DNA of 64,000 nt from an uncultured delta proteobacterium (GCA_963823335.1 CAWGLD010000001.1:1920001-1984000); one strand, 5' to 3'; shown: positions 40,255 through 50,604, numbered from the stretch's first letter. Numbers and translations are program-made. Notes: generated from the letters alone by a model not told the origin.

Positions 40255-41529
40255 ATGAGTGACAACGTTTATGTGTACGGCGTGGGGATGATAAAGTTTG
40301 GCAAGCACCTGGATATGGGCGTGAAACAACTGACTGGTGAGGCCCTCAAACTGGTCTTGGCGGACTGCGGACTGGAACGGAAAGCTCTCGAGGCAGCCTG
40401 GTTTTCCAACACCGGTTGGGGTATGTCCGCGTTTCAGCATTCCATTCGAGCCCAGGTGGCGCTTACCGCTAACGGCCTGGACAAGATTTCCATGATCAAT
40501 GTGGAGAATGCCTGCGCCAGCGGCAGCACGGCCCTGCACTCGGGCTGGATGGCCGTCAAGGCAGGTGTCTATGACTGTGTGCTGGCCATCGGTGCCGAAA
40601 AAATGTATTTCGAAGCCAAGACCAAAAAAGACAAGGAAAAATCATTTCAGGGGTTTATTGCAGGCACCGATGTCGAGGAGACCATGAAATGGATCGAGGC
40701 CTGGAAAGCATCCGAGAAAAAAAAGAGGGAAGAGGCAGCCAGTAAGGCCAAAGAACAAGGGATCGGGGTTAAGCAGGAAAAAGGTAAAAAAGGTCATTCC
40801 GTGTTCATGGACTTTTATGCCCAAGGCGCCCGCTCCCACATGAAAAAATACGGCACCACCCAGCGCCAGCTGGCAGCCATCGCCGCCAAGGCCCATAACA
40901 ATTCGACCTTGAACCCCCTGGCACAGTATACCTTTCCCCAGACCATCGAACAGGTTATGCAGGACCGCGAAGTGGCCTTCCCGCTGACCCGGGCCATGTG
41001 CGCGCCCGTTGGAGACGGTGCCGCAGCCGCCATTATCTGCAGCGAGAAGTTTTTGAAGCAACACCCCAGCAAACGGGCCATTCGGATATTGGCATCCATC
41101 ATGAAATCGGGTTCGCGTATCGGTGGTGATGACATCTGCTCCCGGGCGTCCAATGCAGCCTATGAAGCTGCGGGAGTTGGGCCGGAAGACGTGAACGTGG
41201 CAGAAGTTCACGATGCCACGGCCTTTGGTGAACTCCACCAGACCGAACAAATGGGTTTTTGCGCCGTGGGTGAGGGCGGACCACTGGCAGAGAGCGGCGC
41301 CACCGCCATTGGTGGAAAGATCCCGGTCAACACCAGTGGGGGACTTATTTCGCGTGGTCATCCCATCGGCGCATCAGGCCTGGCACAGACTTATGAACTG
41401 GTGACCCAGCTTCGGGGTGAAGCTGGCAAACGACAGGTCGACAGCCCCCGTATTGCCATGGCCGAAAATGGTGGCGGTACCCTGGGGCAGGGAGAGGCGG
41501 CCATGAACATTCATATATATGAAAAATAA
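40255..41529 (+). CDS. Thiolase family protein, SCP2/SCPx-type
   Basis: ENACASG, EVHDAT and GHPIGASG motifs instead of the NEAF of classical thiolases. Confidence 0.9.
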   Translation: MSDNVYVYGVGMIKFGKHLDMGVKQLTGEALKLVLADCGLERKALEAAWFSNTGWGMSAFQHSIRAQVALTANGLDKISMINVENACASGSTALHSGWMAVKAGVYDCVLAIGAEKMYFEAKTKKDKEKSFQGFIAGTDVEETMKWIEAWKASEKKKREEAASKAKEQGIGVKQEKGKKGHSVFMDFYAQGARSHMKKYGTTQRQLAAIAAKAHNNSTLNPLAQYTFPQTIEQVMQDREVAFPLTRAMCAPVGDGAAAAIICSEKFLKQHPSKRAIRILASIMKSGSRIGGDDICSRASNAAYEAAGVGPEDVNVAEVHDATAFGELHQTEQMGFCAVGEGGPLAESGATAIGGKIPVNTSGGLISRGHPIGASGLAQTYELVTQLRGEAGKRQVDSPRIAMAENGGGTLGQGEAAMNIHIYEK

Positions 41530-41603
41530 AATCTTTTATCACGAAATCACGAAAGTACGAAACCACGAAAAAGACCATGAACCGCTTTCGTGTTTTCGTG
41601 ATT
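41528..41603. repeat. Repeat family C, copy 2
   Basis: cacgaaatcacgaaagtacgaaaccacgaaa ... tttcgtgttttcgtgat. Confidence 0.8.
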
Positions 41604-41779
41604 GTTTTTTAATTTTTTTGCCACAAAAAACACAGATTTCATACTTATACCGCTTGTCATAATAAGGTTCCGAAAATAGGATGGCGGCATAAGGGGTTGT
41701 AGCAGAAAAAAGGTCCGCAATCGGAACGTTTTTCTGACAACCCCTATAAGGGAATAAAACAATCTGAAAGGAGGCAGGT

Positions 41780-43294
41780 ATGAATCTCGTGAAATTAGGC
41801 GAAGAACGCATCGCAAAATTCGGTGAAACCAAGTCATTGGTGTATCAGGACAAGACCTATACCTCCACTCACATATATGAGACGGGGCGCAGACTCGCCG
41901 CAGGGTTGAAATCTCTGGGTGTCGGCCGCGGGGATCATGTTGTGGTCTCCATGCCCAATTCTCCCGAAGTGTTTGCCTGTTTCGGAGCCATTTGGCGTGT
42001 GGGCGCCGTCATCGTTCCCATCATGTTTCTCCTGGGCGAGGATGAGACCCGCTACATCCTGGATCACTCGGATGCCAAGGCGGTCATAACCAGTCAGGAT
42101 CTGCTGGAAAAAATAGATAAGGCCCGTGAAGGTATTGCGCAGATCCGTAATGTCATTGTACTGAACGGTGAAGACCAGGGAGACAGGTTGGATTTTCATG
42201 GTCTGATAGAGGCAAACGACCCGCTCGAAGCCGTCGAAGAGATGGATGACAACGATGTTGCCCTGATGATCTATACATCCGGAACCACCGGGTGTCCCAA
42301 AGGGGTCATGCTCTCCCACAACAATCTGCACACCAACGCCGTTGCCACCTGGGATGCCGCCAAAACAGACACACCCGATATCACGATTCTGTGTTTGCCG
42401 CTGGCGCACTCGTTCGGTGTCGTTGTCATGAATGCCGGCAATGTGTCTCCTTTCAAAGAGTCTTATAGTGTGCTGCTGACCTGGTTCGATCCCGAAGAAG
42501 TCTTCCGTTTGATTGAGAAACATCGGGCAACCAACTTTATCGGTGTCCCCACCATGTACCAGATCATGCTGCACCACCCGGCTGCCGGGAAATACGATCT
42601 CAGTTCCCTGGCCAAGTGCTCCATCAGCGCGGCCCCGGTTACCGAAGAACTTTATAAGGCTTTTACCAAAAAATTCGACTGCGAGATGTATGAGGGCTAT
42701 GGTCTTACCGAAGCCTCACCTTCTGTTGCCCTCTGCCGTCCGAGCATGCCGTTGAAGAAGGGGTCCACTGGTGTTCCCATACCCGGTGTGGAAGTGAAGA
42801 TATTCGATTCGGAGGACAACGAACTGCCGGTTGGGGAACAGGGGGAAATCGTCGTTCAGGGTCCGAATGTCATGGTTGGGTATTATAAACAGCCGCAAGA
42901 AACAGCGGAGGCCTTGCGTAACGGCTGGCTGCACACCGGTGACATCGGTTATGTTGACGAAGATGGGTATCTTTTTATAACGGACCGCATCAAGGACCTT
43001 GTGATCAAGGGTGGGTACAACATCTACCCGAGTGAAATAGAAGGCTACCTTGAACCCCACCCGTCAATTGCGGAAGTGGCGGTCATCGGTATTCCAGATG
43101 AAAAATATGGTGAAGCCTTGATGGCCTTCGTTGTAAAAATGCCCGGGGAAGAACTCACCGAATCGGAGGTCATCGATTATGCCACTTCCATAATGACACC
43201 GTATAAAGCGCCTTCAAGGGTAAAATTTGTTGATGCTTTGCCAAAATCACTGGTGGGAAAAATTCTGAAAAAAGAACTCAGAAAGATGATATAA
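41780..43294 (+). CDS. Long-chain fatty acid--CoA ligase
   Basis: YTSGTTGCPKG, EGYGLTE, TGD and PKSLVGKILK motifs. Confidence 0.93.
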   Translation: MNLVKLGEERIAKFGETKSLVYQDKTYTSTHIYETGRRLAAGLKSLGVGRGDHVVVSMPNSPEVFACFGAIWRVGAVIVPIMFLLGEDETRYILDHSDAKAVITSQDLLEKIDKAREGIAQIRNVIVLNGEDQGDRLDFHGLIEANDPLEAVEEMDDNDVALMIYTSGTTGCPKGVMLSHNNLHTNAVATWDAAKTDTPDITILCLPLAHSFGVVVMNAGNVSPFKESYSVLLTWFDPEEVFRLIEKHRATNFIGVPTMYQIMLHHPAAGKYDLSSLAKCSISAAPVTEELYKAFTKKFDCEMYEGYGLTEASPSVALCRPSMPLKKGSTGVPIPGVEVKIFDSEDNELPVGEQGEIVVQGPNVMVGYYKQPQETAEALRNGWLHTGDIGYVDEDGYLFITDRIKDLVIKGGYNIYPSEIEGYLEPHPSIAEVAVIGIPDEKYGEALMAFVVKMPGEELTESEVIDYATSIMTPYKAPSRVKFVDALPKSLVGKILKKELRKMI

Positions 43295-43422
43295 ATATAA
43301 GGTTCAATGTCAGGCCATGACGGTGTATATGCCCTATGCGGCCATGAAACCTGAAGAAGGCATCGACACCGCCCTGGATGCAACCAGATTATGTACTGAT
43401 TACGCTATCTGTTCCATGGAAG

Positions 43423-43462
43423 TCCAGAAAGACACTGGATGCCGGATCAAGTCCGGTATGAC
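43423..43462. repeat. Repeat family D, partial copy
   Basis: tccagaaagacactggatgccggatcaagtccggtatgac matches the right half of 24053-24143 without the insert. Confidence 0.75.
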
Positions 43463-43646
43463 GGAGGTTGGCTATTTATTCGCCGGGTTAATAAGACCTG
43501 GCTTTCAAGATATAAGGGCATTCGGCATGCCTAGTAGTTGCCGAAATTTGTTTCGAAAGAAAATCAATTAACACAAAATTTGATGATGACCCACACTGCA
43601 AGCAGTGGGGAATCAGAAAATTTGAAGGGTTTAAAAGGATTTGGTG

Positions 43647-44693
43647 ATGGCAAAACCGATCGAGAAAAGGATGAGTGTTTCAGAGGCTGTCAGCAAATTT
43701 GTAAACGACGGGGATCACCTGGTTATTGGGAACTATACTGTCGGGACATGTATGGAACTGGTGTTTGAGGTTTTGCGACAGGGCAAACATGGCTTTATGC
43801 TCTATTCCCAATCCGGAATCCTGGATGTTGAAATACTGGTGGCAGCCGGCGCAGTGGATCGTCTGGTGACGACATATGTTTTGCGTTCCGGCGGTCGGTC
43901 CGGTGGGTCAGCCGTGGAACGTGCTCTGCAGAATGGCAGCCTGCAAATAGAAGATTATACCAATTACAATTACAATGCCCGGTTAATGGCAGGGATGCAC
44001 GGGTTTTCATTCATGCAGGTTTTCGAAGGGATAATGGTCACCGATCTTTTCAAGAAACGCAGTTTCCTGGGTGAAGACAAATATCGAATCATTAAGTGCC
44101 CCTACACCGGAAAAGACGTGGTGACCGTGCCGGCGGCAAATCCGGACGTTTGCATCCTGCATGTGCAAAGAGCCGATAAATACGGCAATGCCCAATACTG
44201 GGGCGCCATCGGCAGTGTGCCGGCAGCGGCCCTGGCCAGCAAAAGAATCATCATTACCTGTGAAGAGATTGTGGATACCGAGATCATTCGATCCAGTCCG
44301 CATCACACGATCATTCCGGCATTCAGAGCGGACGCGGTTATCGAAGTTCCCTGGGGAGCCCATCCCACTGAAGTGGTGGGGCACTACAACATGGACAGAC
44401 TCATGTACGGCCTGTTTATCATGGCTGCAGCCAAAGGGGACAGTCTGGAAGAATGGATGGATGAGTGGGTTTTCAGCTGTCAAGATCGACAGGCATACAT
44501 CGACCGTTACGTGGAGAAATTTGGAAGCGGCAGGCTCCAAAAACTCAAAGCCAAACCCCTTTATTCGGCACCAGCCAACTATGGTTCTGCCTATCACTCA
44601 CCCTGGGATGAAAACAACAAGGATCGAGCAATGGGAATGACCCTGGAGGAAATCGAAACCCTGATGGAAACAAAGGGCCTGTTATATGAATAA
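43647..44693 (+). CDS. CoA transferase subunit A (glutaconate CoA-transferase GctA-like)
   Basis: MSVSEAVSKFVNDGD, CPYTG...VPAANPDV..LHVQRADKYGN and PWGAHP motifs. Confidence 0.88.
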   Translation: MAKPIEKRMSVSEAVSKFVNDGDHLVIGNYTVGTCMELVFEVLRQGKHGFMLYSQSGILDVEILVAAGAVDRLVTTYVLRSGGRSGGSAVERALQNGSLQIEDYTNYNYNARLMAGMHGFSFMQVFEGIMVTDLFKKRSFLGEDKYRIIKCPYTGKDVVTVPAANPDVCILHVQRADKYGNAQYWGAIGSVPAAALASKRIIITCEEIVDTEIIRSSPHHTIIPAFRADAVIEVPWGAHPTEVVGHYNMDRLMYGLFIMAAAKGDSLEEWMDEWVFSCQDRQAYIDRYVEKFGSGRLQKLKAKPLYSAPANYGSAYHSPWDENNKDRAMGMTLEEIETLMETKGLLYE

Positions 44694-45501
44694 GAAATAT
44701 ACATTAGACGAATTACTGATAATAGCAGTGGCCAGGGAAATCAACAACTACGAGAACATAATACTCGGTGTTGGTTTGCCCACCACGGCCGGTGCCCTGG
44801 CAAAAGCACTTCACGCACCATATGCCAACCTGATGATGGAAGCGGGTGTGATCGACTTTGAACCGCTTATACCGCCAAATCATATTGCCGATGTCATGTC
44901 CTGTAAAGGATATGCATGGGCCACGGATCTTTTCACTACCTTTACCATGACCTACCGCGGTTTTGTGGATGTCTGTTTTCTGGGTGTCGGGCAGATAGAC
45001 AAATTTGGCAATTTAAATACCACATCCATTGGTGATTATTATCGACCGGATTTAAGACTGCCGGGATCGGGCGGCGCAGCTGATTTTATCTCATATGCAA
45101 AACGCACGGTACTCACCATGAGGGGTGGAGAGTTCGTGAACAAGCTTGATTATTTCACTTCCCCTGGCTACTTGGGCGGTGGAGACGCCAGGGATCGCAC
45201 CGGTTTGTTTCCCGAGGGCAGCGGCCCTTCCAGGCTGATAACCCAAAAGGGAATATTTGAATTCGACCCTGTAAGCAAAGAGATGTTTTTGGCTGAAATT
45301 CATCCGCGAATATCCGTGGAAGATATCCAAAAGGAGATTCCCTGGGATTTAAAAATATCAGAGAGCCTATCGGTGACGAAACGCCCCAGCGATACAGAGA
45401 TCAACTTCATTCGGGCGTTTGCCCCTGCCGCTGCAATGGGAAGGGCCTTGTCAACTGAAGCTGCTTTCGCCAATTTGGTCAAAGAGCTTTCAGCAACATA
45501 A
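44686..45501 (+). CDS. CoA transferase subunit B (GctB-like)
   Basis: GVGLP, MEAG (candidate catalytic Glu), GQIDKFGNLN and LPGSGG motifs; overlaps subunit A by 8 bp. Confidence 0.9.
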   Translation: MNKKYTLDELLIIAVAREINNYENIILGVGLPTTAGALAKALHAPYANLMMEAGVIDFEPLIPPNHIADVMSCKGYAWATDLFTTFTMTYRGFVDVCFLGVGQIDKFGNLNTTSIGDYYRPDLRLPGSGGAADFISYAKRTVLTMRGGEFVNKLDYFTSPGYLGGGDARDRTGLFPEGSGPSRLITQKGIFEFDPVSKEMFLAEIHPRISVEDIQKEIPWDLKISESLSVTKRPSDTEINFIRAFAPAAAMGRALSTEAAFANLVKELSAT

Positions 45502-45519
45502 TTCGAAAAGCGGCAGAAA

Positions 45520-45595
45520 TGAACCGCAACAGCGAGCGCATTCCCCGTAGGTTCTGCCGTTCGGCAGTGCTTCGCATGCTGCGAGGTTCTTCAAT
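45520..45595 (+). repeat. Repeat family A, copy 2
   Basis: tgaaccgcaacagcgagcgcattccccgtaggttctgccgttcggcagtgcttcgcatgctgcgaggttcttcaat. Confidence 0.92.
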
Positions 45596-45811
45596 TGCAA
45601 GTAACAAAACGACACATTTGGCTATAGGTACTCGGTCCGAAAATTGAAAAATCTGAGAGGAATACCGGAAATAGTTCTCAAACTATATGCATACCGTAGA
45701 TTTCATTCTTGTAAGAAATCTGGCGTCTGTGATAGAGTCCGTATGGCGTTAGGTGGTGGATATTTGAGGGTATCCCATAAAAACTATTTAAACTCAAATT
45801 TACAAAGGTAG

Positions 45812-46324
45812 ATGGGTATGGATATGTTAAATCGATTACGGGCAACTTGCACGACAAAATTATTTTTATTTATTTTATTGGTTGCTGTTGTTTTTATGGT
45901 GAGCTGTGCTGGAACAGCAAACTACGGACAGTTTGTTTATAATGACAATGTTAAAAAGGCATTTGAAACTTATCAGATTCCGCCGAATCACACTTACTTT
46001 TACAGTGGACCGGATGCTTTTCCGAGAGCTGTGATCGGGATTCGAGATGAGTATCACCTCGAATCAAAATATTGGAAACCGGTCGATCTTACACAGACTC
46101 AGCTGAAAAGATGGTTAGAAATGGGAGGCCGTTCGAGGGATGACTATTATCCGAATAAAAACGGTGCAGCTTTACTTACCCCGGACGGCAGGCAAATAGG
46201 TATCTGGTATGCGGTCAAAAACTGGAGGGACCGGGCAACGGTGAAAATGATTGATGACAAAACAGTAAATGTTAGCCCCCCGTTGGAGGACACTAGCGGA
46301 CAGATAAAGATGATGATCCCCTAA
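45812..46324 (+). CDS. Putative lipoprotein of unknown function
   Basis: Hydrophobic signal followed by lipobox-like MVSC-AG; visibly AT-richer than neighbouring genes. Confidence 0.7.
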   Translation: MGMDMLNRLRATCTTKLFLFILLVAVVFMVSCAGTANYGQFVYNDNVKKAFETYQIPPNHTYFYSGPDAFPRAVIGIRDEYHLESKYWKPVDLTQTQLKRWLEMGGRSRDDYYPNKNGAALLTPDGRQIGIWYAVKNWRDRATVKMIDDKTVNVSPPLEDTSGQIKMMIP

Positions 46325-46422
46325 GATTGGACAATGTGATAGCTCCAAGTGCACAATGATATCTTGATCCACGGGTCATGTTGGATGACCTCAATATGTG
46401 GGCTTGCCATCCGGGGTCAAAT

Positions 46423-46449
46423 TGAACCGCAACAGCGGGCATACCCCTC
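46423..46449 (+). repeat. Repeat family A, partial copy
   Basis: tgaaccgcaacagcgggcatacccc matches the first ~25 nt of copy 2. Confidence 0.6.
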
Positions 46450-46509
46450 GGATGGTCAAAGAGTATAAAAAAGTCAGACGGTGTTATTTGCAGATGATGG
46501 CAAAGCACC

Positions 46510-47943
46510 TCATTGACGCTGCCCCCTGACGAGCGGTTCCCGAATGATAGGTGCTGCCTCGATAATCCGCATTTTCTTCCATTTACCGTGCCGGTAACGC
46601 AGATAAAATGCGATGCCGAGGGTTGCGATGTAAAAAGTTACCAGCACCCAAGCGGTATAAATGCCGGTTTCGAAAACCTCAACTGCCAAATAGATGGGGA
46701 TGATCATCACCCCGCAGGAGAGTGCGGCGATAGTCCACAGGATAAACTGCGTGTCTCCGGCTCCTTTCAAGGCGCCGGAGAAGATAAGGTTCATGGCATC
46801 GAAAAGGCAAAATACGGCCACAAAGCGCAGCAGGATGATTCCCATATCCATTATCTGGTCGGAAATGACCGGGTTGACACTGTTATTTCTGAAAAGACTG
46901 AGCAACGGCTCGGGGTAAAAGACAAAGATGGCCATCATAACGCACATGTAGATGATGGCGATATGCAATGAGCTGGTGGTGGCATAGACGGCATCTTCGG
47001 GTTGCCCGCGCCCGACGGCCTGGCCCACAAGTGTTGAAGTACCGATATGAAATCCGAAGACGGGTAAAAATGCGATCGATTCAATCGATAATACGATGTT
47101 TGTGGCGGCAAGTTCGAGGTCTCCCAGGCGTCCCAGCATCTGAATAAAGAATGCGAAACCGAATATTTCCAAGAAGAACTGTCCCCCGCTGGGTAGACCG
47201 TAGCGCATCAGACGGCCGAAAAGATCCCGGTCGAAAGACCAGTTTTTCCAAGTTCCGAAAGTTTTGCGGTTATGCGGACTGAAAACAAGCAAAATGAAAA
47301 TCAGGTTGATGAAGGCGGATGCCGATACAGTGGCGATGGCGGCGCCCACGATGCCAAGGGCGGGAAAGGGACCGACGCCGTTGATCAGGCAGTAGTCAAG
47401 AGGTATGTTCAGTGCCGCTCCGGCTAGATGGACCCACATAACCGCCCAGGTCAATCCCCGTCCAGTATAGAAGCATGAGAGTGCGGAGCTTAAAACCACC
47501 AGCCCGGCACCCAGGGTGAGAATGTTGAAATACGCAATCTCCAAAACGCGGACATCGGCCGAATGGCCGATCAGATTGAATAACTGACGGGAGATAAAAT
47601 AAAATAGGGCCAGAAAGCAGGCCGCGAAAAGTGAGAAATAAATACCCTGCCATAACGCTGCACCTACACGATCCAAAGCCTGCGCACCAGTATACTGCGC
47701 CACAAAAGAATTTGTATAACCGGCGACCCCCATGAAAAAAGAGATCAGCGTAAAAGATACAATTCCGGCCGGCAAAGCGGCAGTAATCGCCTCCACCGAG
47801 TAATTGGCCAGAAATACACGATCGGTAAACTGCATCAGGGTGATGGTACCCATGGAAGCGACTAATGGCAGGCTGATTGTAAAGACATGACGGTAGCCGT
47901 TGGGCAGAATCCAGCGTTTGTGCAGATAATTGAAGATATGCAA
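46510..47943 (-). CDS. MATE family efflux transporter
   Basis: About 12 hydrophobic segments; VAQYTGA, LNIPLDY, LGIVGAAIAT and ALKGAGDT motifs. Confidence 0.92.
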   Translation of the reverse strand: MHIFNYLHKRWILPNGYRHVFTISLPLVASMGTITLMQFTDRVFLANYSVEAITAALPAGIVSFTLISFFMGVAGYTNSFVAQYTGAQALDRVGAALWQGIYFSLFAACFLALFYFISRQLFNLIGHSADVRVLEIAYFNILTLGAGLVVLSSALSCFYTGRGLTWAVMWVHLAGAALNIPLDYCLINGVGPFPALGIVGAAIATVSASAFINLIFILLVFSPHNRKTFGTWKNWSFDRDLFGRLMRYGLPSGGQFFLEIFGFAFFIQMLGRLGDLELAATNIVLSIESIAFLPVFGFHIGTSTLVGQAVGRGQPEDAVYATTSSLHIAIIYMCVMMAIFVFYPEPLLSLFRNNSVNPVISDQIMDMGIILLRFVAVFCLFDAMNLIFSGALKGAGDTQFILWTIAALSCGVMIIPIYLAVEVFETGIYTAWVLVTFYIATLGIAFYLRYRHGKWKKMRIIEAAPIIREPLVRGQRQ

Positions 47944-48032
47944 ATGGTCTGTCCTTTTGTATTATCCCAAGCGTGTGGTCAGGGGTGCCCATCATGCCCC
48001 GGTGCCGGTTTTCTCCAGGGGACCTACTATTA

Positions 48033-49481
48033 CTAATCCTCAATACCACACAGCTTTCTGGCCGCTTTGGTTTTTTCCATCATATCGACCAGGCGTGAAA
48101 TCATGATTCTCTGGGCCTGGGGTGATCCGGCGCCATGCATGGATTCTGTCAGGTAACCCACGGCGGCCGTTCCCAGGGTCAAATTTTCGATCAACCGCAA
48201 AATGCGCATCCGGTTCAATGTCGGGACGTCACAATTGGCCGCAAAGTATTTTCCTATCCATTTACCGGTTTCCGGTGCGCTTAAATCCATTTCGGACGGC
48301 ATGGTCACCATCAACCCTCCGGCGATGTCCTGGGCCATGCGGGAAATTTCATAAGGGAAACGCGTAACATTCTGTTTGTGGATATTGGCCAGCAAGGTGT
48401 TCACGGAATAGGTGCCGCTGGGTTCTTGACTGCCTTCGGAGGCACATGCAATACACCCACAATAAAGGGTTTCGTTCAGATGGTTCATTTCGATGATCTT
48501 GTCTTTGATGTGTGAGGCCCTGGCGACATTGTTGTATTCTGCAGCCGTCTGGGAAGCACCGATCAGGACATCCCCCACACCGACCTTGCAGGCATAGCTC
48601 TGCCGATGGTAAGCGGCGAACTTTTCGACCAGTTCTCCGGCAAATTCATATTCCTTATACATGAACACCCGCTCCCAGGGGACAAAGACATCGTCGAAAA
48701 CCACCAGGGCTTCGTGTCCGCCGAACAAAATATTGCCCTGATCCAGCTGGCCTTCTTCCAGCTTGCGGGTGTCGCAGGACTGCCGCCCCATGATGTACAG
48801 GATGCCCTGGGCGTCGGCCGGCAATGCAAAAGAGACCGCATAATCCCCGTCTTCTTCGCGCATGGCCATGGTGGGCATGACGATGATTTCGTGGGAATTG
48901 ACGGCTCCGGTCTGGTGGGCCTTGGCACCCCTGACGACAATGCCGTCCTCTCTTTCCTCGACAACGCGCAAGTAAAGGTCTGGATCGGCTTGCTTATGCG
49001 GGGGCAGACTGCGGTCACCTTTGGGGTCGGTCATGGCGCCGTCGCAGGTGAGGTCATTTTCCTGAACATATTCCAGAAAACTTAGAAAACGCGAGTAATA
49101 TCCGCTCCCATATTTCCGGTCCATGTTGTATGTGACAATGGAAAGGGCGTTCAAGGCATCCATTCCCACACAGCGCTGAAAGCAGCATCCGGTTTCCCGC
49201 CCTAGCAGCCTGCCCATTTTACTCTTTTTGACCAGGTCATCGACACTCTGGTGAATGTGGGTGAAACGGTTGATTTTTTTACCGGTGATGTGAGAGGTGG
49301 CGGTCATGATATCCTCGTGTTCGAGGAGCTGGGCCATTTCGTAGGTTTTGGCAACCGCCTGCATGGATGGCCGGATGATGGGATTGTCCACCACATTATC
49401 CAGTTGCTTGCCAAACATATAGACCACCAGGTTCAAGCCTCTAAGACTTCCTTCATATTGTTCAGCGGTCATCATGGTCAT
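48033..49481 (-). CDS. abfD: 4-hydroxybutyryl-CoA dehydratase-like protein (AbfD/HpaB family)
   Basis: CFQRCVGMD, TDPKGDR, YHRQSYACK and ESMHGAGSPQAQ motifs retain the Cys/His Fe-S ligands of AbfD. Confidence 0.85.
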   Translation of the reverse strand: MTMMTAEQYEGSLRGLNLVVYMFGKQLDNVVDNPIIRPSMQAVAKTYEMAQLLEHEDIMTATSHITGKKINRFTHIHQSVDDLVKKSKMGRLLGRETGCCFQRCVGMDALNALSIVTYNMDRKYGSGYYSRFLSFLEYVQENDLTCDGAMTDPKGDRSLPPHKQADPDLYLRVVEEREDGIVVRGAKAHQTGAVNSHEIIVMPTMAMREEDGDYAVSFALPADAQGILYIMGRQSCDTRKLEEGQLDQGNILFGGHEALVVFDDVFVPWERVFMYKEYEFAGELVEKFAAYHRQSYACKVGVGDVLIGASQTAAEYNNVARASHIKDKIIEMNHLNETLYCGCIACASEGSQEPSGTYSVNTLLANIHKQNVTRFPYEISRMAQDIAGGLMVTMPSEMDLSAPETGKWIGKYFAANCDVPTLNRMRILRLIENLTLGTAAVGYLTESMHGAGSPQAQRIMISRLVDMMEKTKAARKLCGIED

Positions 49482-49491
49482 GGGGTCTCCT

Positions 49492-50364
49492 TTATTTTTT
49501 TGAGTAGTCGTACCACCCTTTACCGGTTTTCTGACCATAGTCGCCCTTGAGGTGTTTTTCAACCACACTCGGGCTGGGTAAATGGCGGGTATCACCGGTT
49601 GTCCGAAAAGCTTCCATTCCCATGGTGTAGGTCAGATCGATGCCGGTGAGGTCCATCAGACGGAAAGTACCCATGGGATGGCCTGCGCCGTATACCTGGG
49701 CTTTGTCAATGTCTTCCATGCTGGCGACCCCCATATCAAGCAGCCAGAGGGCTTCACGGGTGATGGCGCCAAAGATCCGGTTGAGCAGGAATCCATCGAC
49801 TTCTTTTTTCAGATGAACAGGCACTTTCCCTAGTTTTTCGCACAGAGCCATGGAGAGTTCCCTGGTTTCGTCCGAAACATGGGGACCCTGGACCACCTCC
49901 ACAAGCTTCATTACAAGCGCTGGATTGAAAAAATGGACATTGAGGACTTTTTCCGGTCGCCGGGTGGCGTCGGCAATTTTAGAGCTGATGATGGCCGAGC
50001 TGTTGGTGGCCAGGATCGCGTGCGCGGGTGCCATCTTGTCCAGGGCGGCAAAGATTTTGCGTTTCAAATCAAGAACTTCCAGAACCGCTTCAATGACGTA
50101 ATCCGCTTCTTTGACGGCATCCTCCATACTGTGGGTGAAAGATATCCGCTCCCGGGCCGCTGTTGCCTGCTCCTGGGACAATCTTCCTTTACTAACCCGG
50201 CTGGCCATATACGTGTCGGCAAAATCTTGTGCTTTTTTTAGAATGTCCACATTGATGTCCGTGCAGACGGTTTTGTAGCCGTGAATCGCACACAGCATGG
50301 CGATCTGATGCCCCATGTTTCCCGCGCCGATAACGGCAATGTTTTTGATGTCGTCAATTTTCAT
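49492..50364 (-). CDS. 3-hydroxybutyryl/3-hydroxyacyl-CoA dehydrogenase
   Basis: GAGNMG, ATNSS, HFFNPA..MKLVEV and GQKTGKGWY motifs. Confidence 0.92.
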   Translation of the reverse strand: MKIDDIKNIAVIGAGNMGHQIAMLCAIHGYKTVCTDINVDILKKAQDFADTYMASRVSKGRLSQEQATAARERISFTHSMEDAVKEADYVIEAVLEVLDLKRKIFAALDKMAPAHAILATNSSAIISSKIADATRRPEKVLNVHFFNPALVMKLVEVVQGPHVSDETRELSMALCEKLGKVPVHLKKEVDGFLLNRIFGAITREALWLLDMGVASMEDIDKAQVYGAGHPMGTFRLMDLTGIDLTYTMGMEAFRTTGDTRHLPSPSVVEKHLKGDYGQKTGKGWYDYSKK

Positions 50365-50604
50365 GTTGCGGCTCCTTTTAATGTTAATGGTTTTCCAGGG
50401 GCAGGTTAAAAATAAAATCCCATGATGATACACAACGGTGTCGTTTCCATGCGAATGGCCTGCCGGTCTTGGGTTTTTTTATCGGAAAACACTCCATACA
50501 TCAAAGAAATAATGGTTACCCCTGAGAATGTTTTAGGACGCTAAGCCCTTTAGGGAGGATACAACTGCACTTTTAAATTGATTTCAAATAGATACCCTTT
50601 ACCC

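Noticed and set aside
43296-43420. Coding-like stretch (QAMTVYMPYAAMKPEEGIDTALDATRLC) after the CoA ligase
   Set aside because: May be another gene remnant, but no family could be assigned and the ORF runs into a repeat
43647-45501. Definite assignment as steroid ring-cleaving IpdAB
   Set aside because: The beta subunit keeps the GctB-type ExG glutamate and no diagnostic steroid ring genes are adjacent; kept only as a hypothesis
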